From: Thraustochytrium aureum
Taxonomy: Eukaryota
Length of the DNA: 58,101 bases
NCBI GenBank assembly: GCA_012862495.1
Contig: BLSG01000212.1
Span: forward strand, 1 to 58,101
Direction of reading: 5' to 3'
Shown: piece after piece, positions 11,046-20,155 of the stretch
Layout of the letters: every line of letters starts with the position of its first letter
Position numbering within the stretch: position 1 is the stretch's first letter
Position numbers and translations under genes: made by a program
Notes under the pieces: model-generated
Database searches by the model: none
Seen by the model: the letters and a program-made list of their open reading frames with translations, nothing else
What the model was told of the DNA's origin: nothing

Positions 11046-11678
11046 ATGGACCCGCTGGTGGCTGATGGTAAGAAGGTCGAACGCGCGGACGGGGTCAATG
11101 ACTTTATCAAGGACTCTGATGTGGTGAACAAAACGGGCGGTTCAGGCGGCTTTTTCCAGGGCATGAAGCTGAACGGGACGAACGGTGAGATAGCAACGAC
11201 ATTCGGTCTCGGTATCTGGTACGCGATCTCGCTGATCACGTCGCTGTTTGCTTTTTGGATTTCTAGTCTTAAACACTACGAGTGGAGTTATCCCAAGAAG
11301 GTAGTGGTTTTACTTATCCTATTCACCTTCAACGTAGGGGCGCAGGTCGCCTACCTAAACTTTGACCGGGAGAAAAGGTTGTTCTCACACGAGTTCGTCG
11401 TGGTTGTCGCTGCGTTGACCATCACTTTCAACGTTTTCGTTTTGCTCTACAGGCTACGGTCGATGGTGATGGCGGAACATGTGGAGAGGAAAAGTGGAGA
11501 CGTTGATCCTCCAAGAGAGGTTATTGAAATGCAAACGCTGGCAGGACGAAGATTGTCACGCGCATCTGCTGCTGCTGCTGCTGATTTGGCACTAAGTGAA
11601 GGCGCCGCGAGCATTCCTACGATCTCATACGGCGCCCATGGGCGCGTCCCGCATTTTGAAATGCCAAAGCACATGTGA
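11046..11678 (+). CDS. Hypothetical membrane protein (3 TM)
   Basis: ATG 11046 (MDPLVADG); three hydrophobic segments. Confidence 0.7.
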   Translation: MDPLVADGKKVERADGVNDFIKDSDVVNKTGGSGGFFQGMKLNGTNGEIATTFGLGIWYAISLITSLFAFWISSLKHYEWSYPKKVVVLLILFTFNVGAQVAYLNFDREKRLFSHEFVVVVAALTITFNVFVLLYRLRSMVMAEHVERKSGDVDPPREVIEMQTLAGRRLSRASAAAAADLALSEGAASIPTISYGAHGRVPHFEMPKHM

Positions 11679-11681
11679 AAG

Positions 11682-11963
11682 ATGAGTGAACTCACCAAAC
11701 CGCGCGACTACGAGAAGACAATAAGCGACAGTGCGCCCGCGCCGGCGCCCAGCGCGCCCGCGTTGATTAGGACCGGCGCGTCTGTGTCAGAGACGTTTCC
11801 CGACACGTTCGACGCAACGAGAATCGCACCGGCGATGAGCGCCGGCCAGATGGTCAGCGCGCGCATGGCGCGCGAGAAGTTGCCGATACGCAACCGGCGA
11901 CAGGACCCCTTCACCGGCGTTTCGCCGAAGGTGCAGTCCATGTCACTGACACAGTCTAAATGA
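11682..11963 (+). CDS. Small hypothetical protein
   Basis: 93-aa ATG ORF directly after the previous stop; overlaps the 3' end of the opposite-strand ORF. Confidence 0.45.
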   Translation: MSELTKPRDYEKTISDSAPAPAPSAPALIRTGASVSETFPDTFDATRIAPAMSAGQMVSARMAREKLPIRNRRQDPFTGVSPKVQSMSLTQSK

Positions 11964-12631
11964 TGGTAGCGCTCGGGCACACGCTTGTCATGCGAGTCGC
12001 ACCGCCGGATGCGCGAGTGCGCGGAGAAGAAGAGTAGCGCACCGGCCACGCCATAGGCGAGCAGGAACACGGCCCAGCCGTTTATGGCGCCGTCGCCGGA
12101 CATGGCTAGCGGGATGCCCCCGAGGTAGGTCATGAACAGGGCCACTGTGGCACCGCCCGTGCAGAACGCCACGATAACGCCAAACAGGTAGTCACCCAGG
12201 CTGTAGAACTCCTTGCGGGCAGCGACGATGAGCTCGCGGTCAGGGTCGCGCAGACCCTCCGTAGTCACGCGTGTTACGTTGACCCAGTCGGACGTTTTGC
12301 CCATGGCCGCATTCTCGACGATGTCGCGCTTCTGCCGGTCCCAGCGGTTGGAGGCGGGGATCATGGCGAGTTTGTCCTTGGCTTCACGCAGGCGCTTGTG
12401 CGCCGCGTTGATCTCCCCGCTACTCGCCTTCTCGGCCTGCAACCGAGCCAACTCGGCGCTGGCCGCATCAACACTGTTCTGCGCTGCCATGCGCAGGCTG
12501 TTCACCGAATCGATCGGTGATGAGCTCTGCCCGATCAATCCCGCGGCATCATACAGCCCGAGCTTCGTATGACCTCTTGTACCTGCACCGGCAGCGCCGG
12601 CGGGATTGGCTGCGCCTCCATGGTCCGCCAT
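11708..12631 (-). CDS. Hypothetical protein with coiled coil and two TM helices (true 3' end may be ~11956)
   Basis: AAAAATG start at 12631; TMs LFGVIVAFCTGGATVALFMTYL and WAVFLLAYGVAGALLFFS. Confidence 0.65.
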   Translation of the reverse strand: MADHGGAANPAGAAGAGTRGHTKLGLYDAAGLIGQSSSPIDSVNSLRMAAQNSVDAASAELARLQAEKASSGEINAAHKRLREAKDKLAMIPASNRWDRQKRDIVENAAMGKTSDWVNVTRVTTEGLRDPDRELIVAARKEFYSLGDYLFGVIVAFCTGGATVALFMTYLGGIPLAMSGDGAINGWAVFLLAYGVAGALLFFSAHSRIRRCDSHDKRVPERYHHLDCVSDMDCTFGETPVKGSCRRLRIGNFSRAMRALTIWPALIAGAILVASNVSGNVSDTDAPVLINAGALGAGAGALSLIVFS

Positions 12632-12760
12632 TTTTGATCCACTTGCGCCTGTGCAGGGCACGTATTGCCCGCGGTGCTACTGGGTCCCTGGGCGAGAAAA
12701 ATCTTGCGCTACGCGTAGTGCGAGCGAGCTTCACCACGAGTACCGTCTTTCCGCGGACCC

Positions 12761-13642
12761 ATGGACGACAGCAGCGACCACCAGCAGAGTCAGAATGTTT
12801 CGGCGCGCACAGTTCCCGATGGGGCACGCGGCGGAATCGCATCGGGCAACCCAGCGTGGCGCGCCAAGGTAGAAGATCACAATGAACGCGTGATGCAGCG
12901 GCTGCGGGCCGGCACGGAGCGCAGCATCGAGGCGGCGTATGCGCAGACGCACGTTGTGAACCAGATGCATGCCATCGCCGCTGACGATGCGTTGCGACAC
13001 GGTGACTACATGGCGCAGGTGTTCGGCGCGCCGCTTCGAGACCCCAACCAGCTGCGGGAGAGTTCGGTCCTGAACGCGGACGCGCGGGCGCTTGCACAGT
13101 GGCGGGCCGCCTCTGGCGGCGAGGAGGCACCGTTGGTGCAGACCGCGCGAGTCCAGGACTTCGTGAGCGGGCTGAGCTCGGCTCCACGCGACCTTGTCCT
13201 CGAGAGCTTCATCGCACAGCGCGACCCGAGCGTGAGCGACGAGGTGGCGGCCCTGCGCTCGAGGGCCGAGCACGGGCTCACGCACTACACCTTTTACAAC
13301 AAGCGGTTGGTCAACGGCGGGCAGCCCGCACGCTTCCACGCGCTATGGGGAAAGAACGGTGACCTGCCCACGCGCGGCGACGCGCTGCTGGTGGGCAACC
13401 TCTCAACGCAGCCTGGGGCGCCGTTACCGGGCGGCAGGCGTGTCCCGTTCACGACCGGCCCGCTCCGCGGCGAGGAGCTCGACATTTTCACGCACGCTGT
13501 AAAGGCCCCAACTCGCGCCTCTGCGCCAGCCGAACCGCCCGTTGGCCCGCCCCTGCACGGCGGCCTCGGGGGTGACAGCGATTCAAGCACCGCGGCTCAG
13601 CTCGCGCACCTGTTCGCACCCATAGGTCCGCCTCCTGCTTGA
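12761..13642 (+). CDS. Hypothetical protein
   Basis: 293-aa ATG ORF with GC3-rich codons. Confidence 0.65.
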   Translation: MDDSSDHQQSQNVSARTVPDGARGGIASGNPAWRAKVEDHNERVMQRLRAGTERSIEAAYAQTHVVNQMHAIAADDALRHGDYMAQVFGAPLRDPNQLRESSVLNADARALAQWRAASGGEEAPLVQTARVQDFVSGLSSAPRDLVLESFIAQRDPSVSDEVAALRSRAEHGLTHYTFYNKRLVNGGQPARFHALWGKNGDLPTRGDALLVGNLSTQPGAPLPGGRRVPFTTGPLRGEELDIFTHAVKAPTRASAPAEPPVGPPLHGGLGGDSDSSTAAQLAHLFAPIGPPPA

Positions 13643-13670
13643 TCTCTGACCGACTTTGATGCACCCAGTG

Positions 13671-13745
13671 CACTGGACATGGACACTGGACATGGACACT
13701 GGACATGGACACTGGACATGGACACTGGACATGGACACTGGACAC
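13671..13745. repeat. Tandem repeat, 13-bp unit GGACACTGGACAT, ~6 copies
   Basis: Four exact units at 13681-13732 plus partial or variant units on each side, between convergent genes. Confidence 0.95.
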
Positions 13746-13825
13746 GGGCACCGGACTGGACAAAATCCCTCTATTTCACTAATTTTCAGAGAAGCTCATT
13801 AAAAAATTCAAATAAATAGCGCGCT

Positions 13826-16800
13826 CTATGCCCATGAGATCATTCCATACGTGTCGTTCTGCACCACCGACTCGACCGTGCGCCGCCAGCCCGCGGCGGT
13901 GTAGTGAATCAGCTTTGTCCCGTTATGCTTGTCAAACTTGGAGAACCCGATATGGCCGTTTATAAAGAAGCGCGATTTGGCGGCCGATGAATCACCAGGG
14001 TTCGTGTACGGTCGCAAAATGGAGTACACCTTCTCCCATCCGCGATACGAAATTATGACGCCTTTCTCGTTTTGCATGACATACTTACCGTCCCGCATGA
14101 CGTGACCGTTGGTGTCGAGCGCCACACCCCCCTTGCCGATCTCCGAGAACCGACCGGCCACCTGCTCTGGGCGCACCTTGCGGAATGTACCATCCCAGTT
14201 CTCGATCCCCACTGTGTGTATGTTCCGCCACTCCCTGCCGTCCTGCGCGCGCTGCGCTTCGAGGGTGGCGATGTGACTGGCGATCCCGCTGATAACGAAC
14301 GACGCGTCAGCAGGCGACGTGGCCTGTCTGGGCGCTACGGGAGCAGGCAGTGCCGGGAGAGACGCCACATCCATCCAATGGAGCGTGTCGTCCTCGAAGA
14401 AATTGGAGTCCACCGTTACGTATTTGGACACGTTGTAGTGGCGGGACCTCACGTACCGGAAAAAGACGGCGAACCCGGGATCGTGTACGTCCGTTTCGTA
14501 CGCGACCTCCATATGCAGCGAAACCGGTCGGGTGTTCGGGAACCACTTTCGCAGTAGAGTTGCAAACAACACCTGCTTCGCCCCGTCCACGAGCCCGGTG
14601 CCGCCAACCTGAGACATGACGGGGGCATACATCCCGCTGATGTCCAACATGTACGTTAGCCCCACGTTGGTCACGGCGACAAGTCGCTTTGGCTGCAAAC
14701 GCACCTCCTGCTCACAGTACGCCGCGTACATCAAGTTCGGAAGCGCCGGTATCGCGCCCGGTACGTTGGCCCCTTCGGAGCACTCGATCCACGCGGTCCC
14801 ACTGGTCATTGTTTCAGGGACTCTCACGTTGTTAAGTTCGGCGAGCTCCAACACGTCATGCAGCGCGGCACAGTATTCGCCGGAAGCAGTGGCAGCGTCC
14901 ATGCGTACGCGCGCATCAGGGTCGCTCGATACGAGGAACCGAACGAGAAGCGTGACGCTCGTCATGTCGACAGAAACGCCAGTGAGGAACGTGATTGCGG
15001 GCGAGCTCGAAGAGCCAGCCGAAAGCGGAAAGCCGGCTGCCACGTTGGTGTTAAAGTTGTGCAGCGGAATGACCACATCGACCTCGTCATTCGCAGGCTG
15101 ATCGTTCTCGCCAGCACTCGGTGGCGAGAGCATACTAAACGGTACGCATCCCGGGATCTCCAGTCCTGACACAATTGATCGTGTAGAGATGCCAACGGTT
15201 CGGAGCCACGTGATGTAGCGATCGACACTCAACTGCTCGGAAGTCGCCCTAGGTACTCGAACGCGCAGTGCGGCGCCGCGGATAGACAGAGCGTTAGGCG
15301 GGGCAATGCTCCGCACGTCGAGAGACGACCACTGGCGACTGCCCGTGTTGGTCATTGCGCTTTCCGCCCACACCTCTCGTCCGTAAATCGCGTCTGTGAT
15401 GGGCGACGCGTCCCGGCCACCGTTCTCGAACGCGCGAAGCGTCTTCAGCAGGGCAACGTTATCTGGTGCGAACGACACGCTGAAGGCTACCAGGTCGCTG
15501 AATTGGTAGTGCACGATCGCGTTCAAGTCGCTCCCATCGGCGCCAAAGTCATGGTCAATGATCACACGGTACAATCGCGCTTGAGCAATGGCGCTGTCCA
15601 CGTCAACGTTTTGCAACGAGATCTTCACTGAGTTGTCCAAAGTCGGGTACACTTCCGCCCATACTCCCCTGGTGATCGCACGGGTTGTGTCGCCATGGAC
15701 GGGAGAGGACTTGCCCAGTTCAACCCTCGACGCCACCGGCGCTGCGTTCCACTCACCAGTGTTCTCGTCTTTCACTTGCAAAGTGGTAATCACGGCGGTG
15801 GGGAGCGGGATGCCGTTCGCCACAGCGTCGACTTCAATCTTGACGCTTCCGAAGTCGGGGTTGTACTTGAACTCGATCGCTGTGCACGCGCGACCAACCG
15901 AGTACGCGTACCCCGGATTGGCGGGGAACGAGTCGCCCCACGAAACAGGCGGGTTGGCCGGGGTGCCCGACCCAACGAGGTCGGCGCGAAACTGCATTAC
16001 ATCCAAGTCAACGGGCGCCAGCCAGTACTCGTTCGTCGGCTCTGATGCGGAAACGTCGATCATGAGTCGAGCGGTGGCACCAGGCATGCCCCAGCTGCTT
16101 CGAAGCTCGTTAATGCTCAACCTTGGCAGGTCCGGGTTCATTTCCGCAACGTGCGGTCGTGCGGGGTTGATGGAGTATAGCGTGTTCAGCCCATTAGGGG
16201 TGGTCGTGTTGAGCGGGCGCAGTAGGTCAATGTACCGTGTTGACCCGTTCCAGTCCAGGCGCAGTCGGATCCGACCCAAAGACAAGGTGGACTCAGGCGT
16301 TTCGACTTGACCGAAATCATCGACGATCCCAACGTGCAGCATTCGCGGCAACGGGTCTTCGATCACATAATCGATCAGATGCGACTCTGCGCCTTGCATG
16401 TTGAAGCCAATGGCGTTGACGTACATGGCTGAGTTTAGCTTGAAAGTGAAGTCCGGGCTCGACAGGGCGTTTTGCATGAGTGCGTTTGCAGCAACCACGT
16501 CGTCCGCAACGAGGTACCTGACCTGAATTGTCTCCTCCTCTATGGGGACCGAGACGTTTTGCAATGTGCTCAAGCTGAGGTTCGCCGTTGCCTGCTCGCC
16601 GAGCGGAATTCCAGCGACAATGTCAGTCTCGACCATCGGGAAGCGCACGTCAACATCGACAAAGCCCGGTTGCGGCGGGTCAGCAACGTTCGGTGGTGCA
16701 ACAGACGCAGAGTACGGAAGAGTTGCCTCAAACCCCTTCGCTACTGACAAGTTGCGGATGCTGGAATTGCTGTTGGCGGCTTTCAATGTACCACCCAAAT

Positions 16801-17470
16801 ACAGTTCATGAGGGAACTTGTCGGCGTACGCTTCCGGTACCCTGACGCGCATAACGGCGCCTCGGACAGTGAGCGCGTTTGCGGGCGATGGTGAGCGATT
16901 GCTCCCGTGCATCTGGAAAGTGGGTGGGTTGGAGAACGGGCCCTCCCACTTCGTGTTGGAGGCCCAGACCTCGCGACCCCCTAGTGCGTAGCGCTCGTTC
17001 GGCGGAGGCGAGTTCTCTGAAGCACCCACACTGGGCACGTAGGCTCGCGTTAGGTCCAGCAGCTCAACGGCGTCGGGCAGTAGGTACATACCCGGGCCGC
17101 TCTGGTCGTCGTAGCGCAGCACGACGTTGAAGGCAGGACCCGACACCCCGAATTCGTGCTCAACAATGAGCCGCATGGCCTCGCCTGCCTCGGCAGGTGG
17201 TGCGTTGCTCACCGTCACCATCGCCAGCTCCGCCGAAATGTCGCGCGGCATGTGCACGTAGAGCGCGTCCAACGCATCGTGCACGGTCACCCACTCGGTG
17301 TCGGATGGGTCGCGCACCTGAACAGCAACCACCACGGCTGCTGGCAGCACTGCGCCGTCCGCCCGCGGGTCGAAGAAGAGCCCAAGCGACCCGTTTCCGA
17401 ACAGCACACGCGGGTCGCGGAAGACAATGGCCGTGCTCGCGCGGCCAGCAACCGAAGTGTTACCGCTCAT
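13826..17470 (-). CDS. Large (1214 aa) internally duplicated protein, possibly structural
   Basis: Uninterrupted ORF with paired motifs GRASTAIVF/GRACTAIEF, GREVWAS/GREVWAE and PANALTVRGAVMRVRVP/PPNALSIRGAALRVRVP. Confidence 0.85.
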   Translation of the reverse strand: MSGNTSVAGRASTAIVFRDPRVLFGNGSLGLFFDPRADGAVLPAAVVVAVQVRDPSDTEWVTVHDALDALYVHMPRDISAELAMVTVSNAPPAEAGEAMRLIVEHEFGVSGPAFNVVLRYDDQSGPGMYLLPDAVELLDLTRAYVPSVGASENSPPPNERYALGGREVWASNTKWEGPFSNPPTFQMHGSNRSPSPANALTVRGAVMRVRVPEAYADKFPHELYLGGTLKAANSNSSIRNLSVAKGFEATLPYSASVAPPNVADPPQPGFVDVDVRFPMVETDIVAGIPLGEQATANLSLSTLQNVSVPIEEETIQVRYLVADDVVAANALMQNALSSPDFTFKLNSAMYVNAIGFNMQGAESHLIDYVIEDPLPRMLHVGIVDDFGQVETPESTLSLGRIRLRLDWNGSTRYIDLLRPLNTTTPNGLNTLYSINPARPHVAEMNPDLPRLSINELRSSWGMPGATARLMIDVSASEPTNEYWLAPVDLDVMQFRADLVGSGTPANPPVSWGDSFPANPGYAYSVGRACTAIEFKYNPDFGSVKIEVDAVANGIPLPTAVITTLQVKDENTGEWNAAPVASRVELGKSSPVHGDTTRAITRGVWAEVYPTLDNSVKISLQNVDVDSAIAQARLYRVIIDHDFGADGSDLNAIVHYQFSDLVAFSVSFAPDNVALLKTLRAFENGGRDASPITDAIYGREVWAESAMTNTGSRQWSSLDVRSIAPPNALSIRGAALRVRVPRATSEQLSVDRYITWLRTVGISTRSIVSGLEIPGCVPFSMLSPPSAGENDQPANDEVDVVIPLHNFNTNVAAGFPLSAGSSSSPAITFLTGVSVDMTSVTLLVRFLVSSDPDARVRMDAATASGEYCAALHDVLELAELNNVRVPETMTSGTAWIECSEGANVPGAIPALPNLMYAAYCEQEVRLQPKRLVAVTNVGLTYMLDISGMYAPVMSQVGGTGLVDGAKQVLFATLLRKWFPNTRPVSLHMEVAYETDVHDPGFAVFFRYVRSRHYNVSKYVTVDSNFFEDDTLHWMDVASLPALPAPVAPRQATSPADASFVISGIASHIATLEAQRAQDGREWRNIHTVGIENWDGTFRKVRPEQVAGRFSEIGKGGVALDTNGHVMRDGKYVMQNEKGVIISYRGWEKVYSILRPYTNPGDSSAAKSRFFINGHIGFSKFDKHNGTKLIHYTAAGWRRTVESVVQNDTYGMISWA

Positions 17471-17775
17471 CGCGTGGTGAGTGGCTTGTTTTTGGCTGCG
17501 ATGTCCCCTTGACTGTTGTTGTTGTTCAGTCCGGTGGCTAAAACAGAAACGAAAAGGAACAACGCGAGTTTAAACTACGGTTATTGTGGCGCAGTTCCGA
17601 GGGGGGCGAGACCGTGGCGCTACAAAAACAGCAATTCCCGACTGTGTTTCTGCACCAGCCACGATCTCGCACGCACCCTCTCACCTTTTCTGTGTAGAAA
17701 AAAAAACAGTGGTGAATGGCGCGACATGCCAATAAATGAAAATCTGTCAAAACAAATTTGAATTATTGACATTGC

Positions 17776-18480
17776 TCATTCACTATCACTATTGCCGATA
17801 TCGAATAATCGATTCAGGGCATTCTCTACATCTGCCCTACTTTCCCTTCTTTGCCCCTGCCCAATACGACGTTGCGTGCGCCTATCTGTGTTGTATGGTT
17901 CATCAAAGTTGTCGTCCCAAGCGTCGTCCACAAGATGCTTGCGTGTTTGACCACCCTCTGTCATCCACGTGTCAAAAACCTCACGCAACGGGAGTAAAAG
18001 TATTCCAAGATCATGCCTTCCCAATGTGGATCTTTCCACGTTTTTCATGAATTCAATGTACCTATCAATTTTTCCTTCGTCGTCCGCGCCTGACAGTTGG
18101 ATTTTCGTGGTGAAAATCTCTTTTAGTTTGGCGTGCAGATCTAGCTTTGTCGCGGCATCTAAATCTTCGCTCAAAATCTCTGTTGACCGTTGTGATAGAA
18201 CCCGGAGAATGTCTTCAGCAGCCACTAACCAGTCGTCACTGTCCACAAGACCACTTTCGTTGCTGGCGTTTCCATTCTGATGAAGCCAATCGTCGACTGT
18301 TTCTCTCAATCTCGCAATTTTTGAATTCAGATGTTGAACATCACCTTCATATGCGAAGACCACCATGGCACCAAAAACAAAGACTGCACCCATAATAGAT
18401 GCGAATACAACAGCTACGTTGAAGGCCGGTTTTCTTTCAACGTTGCCTTCTGCATTGTCACCGTTCGACGATGCCACCAT
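17776..18480 (-). CDS. Single-TM membrane protein, AT-rich
   Basis: ATG 18480 (MVASSNG); TM VAVVFASIMGAVFVFGAMVVFAY; charged tail. Confidence 0.7.
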   Translation of the reverse strand: MVASSNGDNAEGNVERKPAFNVAVVFASIMGAVFVFGAMVVFAYEGDVQHLNSKIARLRETVDDWLHQNGNASNESGLVDSDDWLVAAEDILRVLSQRSTEILSEDLDAATKLDLHAKLKEIFTTKIQLSGADDEGKIDRYIEFMKNVERSTLGRHDLGILLLPLREVFDTWMTEGGQTRKHLVDDAWDDNFDEPYNTDRRTQRRIGQGQRRESRADVENALNRLFDIGNSDSE

Positions 18481-18583
18481 AATGCGAGCAAACCAACAAC
18501 AAAGCACCTCAACTCTTTTCACAGGGCGAAAAAAAATTCATTCGTCTCGCTTGCTTGTTGTCATTTAATAGAGCTAGCTAGAG

Positions 18584-19208
18584 CTAGTGCTCGTCGTCGA
18601 TTTCACTCTCATCTCCGCTGGCCACGGGCGAATCACTCGCGGAACCTGGCGCCGGTGCGGCAGCCTCGCACGGTGGGGCCGAGAACACTGACATGGGGCC
18701 AGGCAAGGGTTTAGGCGCTTTGGAAGCCTTGCCGAGCGGCTTCCTGGCAAGCGCCACCCCCTCGTTTACACCGGCGAGCTCCTCGATCATCTGCAGAAGC
18801 TGCTCCGCGCTTCGCATCGCGGAGAGCTTTTCAGCGCTCAGTTCGTCCTCAGCCTGCTCGGGTGTCATGGAGGCCTGCGCCTCTGCCTCGACCCTGAAAA
18901 AACCGCGACACCGCCGTGACGATGTCGCTGCGCTTGAGCGTGCCGCGGCGCTCGCGCTTCTCCAGCACGAGCGTACTCTGGCCGATGTTGACTTGCCCGA
19001 CGTGGTTGTCCACCATAAACCCCACCACCTTCTTCTTGATCTCGTTCTTGGGCCGGTTGTGGTCCTTGCTAAATGCCTTGCTGGCGTCGTCCAGCTGCAC
19101 AAACGCCTTCACGAGCTTGACGAAGCCCGCCTTGTCCAGCGGCGCGTCCCCGGAGTTCCCGGGCACGGTGGACCCGGGCGCATTGGCATCTGCAGCGAAC
19201 GTCGCCAT
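18584..19208 (-). CDS. DUF5760-like conserved NCLDV protein (frameshift in a T6 run at ~18897-18902)
   Basis: FVKLVKAFVQLDD...EIKKKVVGFMVDNHVGQVNIGQSTLVL...LKRSDIVTAVSRFF joins RVEAEAQ...AEQLLQMIEE...ALARK if one T is removed. Confidence 0.65.
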
Positions 19209-19237
19209 CTCGAACCTGTGTTAAGTCTCACCGACAC

Positions 19238-19837
19238 TCACTTCTTGCACTCACTGCACGGTGAGCGCCGAGGTTTTTTTTCGCCCACGACGCGCCTTCT
19301 TTTCACGGCGGCGGCCGGCCTCGCCTGCCGCTTCCGCGCGGAGGGCTTTGTGAGTCGACACTGCAGGCCGTGCGCCTTCCAGTGCTCGCACGGCGTGAGA
19401 ACCTCCGACTTCTCAAAAGCCAGCGTTTTCTGGTCGTTGTGGTGCACGTGGCGCGGGTCGCCCACCTTGAGACCGTGCAGTCTGCGGTGCTGGCCTCGCA
19501 CGGTGCGACGGGCCCGCTCCCGCGGGTGCACGTGGTAGAGCACGTAGTTGTACTTTTCCATGATCGCCGGCCGAAAGGTCGCCGGCCGCTTGCCGCGTGC
19601 CAGGTTCGTGCGCACGTGGTCGATCTCATCGGCGCGGGCGCGCCTGGCGCGGTTGAGCAGCCGGGTCCAGCCGGCGGCGTCATCCGACGCGGGGTAAGTG
19701 TGCTTGCGCCCCTTCACCTGTGGGAACGCACCACCTAGGTAGGCCCTGGCCTGGCTCTCGGTGAGCGGTTTGCGCAGGTCCTCCTGCGCTCTTGTCGCCG
19801 GCCGTCGTTGTTTATTTGCGCGCGCTCGAGCGGGCAT
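19238..19837 (-). CDS. Basic protein with HNH-like nuclease motif
   Basis: GLKVGDPRHVHHNDQKTLAFEKSEVLTPCEHWKAHG fits an HH...EH..H betabetaalpha-Me pattern. Confidence 0.5.
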   Translation of the reverse strand: MPARARANKQRRPATRAQEDLRKPLTESQARAYLGGAFPQVKGRKHTYPASDDAAGWTRLLNRARRARADEIDHVRTNLARGKRPATFRPAIMEKYNYVLYHVHPRERARRTVRGQHRRLHGLKVGDPRHVHHNDQKTLAFEKSEVLTPCEHWKAHGLQCRLTKPSARKRQARPAAAVKRRRVVGEKKPRRSPCSECKK

Positions 19838-20155
19838 GCAAGGCGCTCCGCCGCACCAGGACCTGCTTCGGCTTTGAAAAAAAAATGGGTTGGAAGGGTG
19901 GATCGGTCCAACGCCGCTTTTCTGTGTGCGTGGGCGGCCTGGTAGTCCACTCAACGCTCGGTGGGCGTGATTTTTTTTTCTGCACTGTGCACTCAACGTG
20001 CGACCACCAGCCAGCCCGAACGTTCTCGCGTGCGACTAAGCTACCGACCCTCTGAGCGACCGACCGTCCGACCGACTGTTCGTCTGACCTTTCGTCACAC
20101 CCAAGCCTTGTCGCACTGGTGGGAACGCGGGACTAGAGCTCAAGCCTAATTCAAA

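Noticed and set aside
11708..11963. Genuine 256-bp antiparallel gene overlap
   Set aside because: More simply explained by a frameshift that skips a stop near 11956, or by the small + ORF being spurious.
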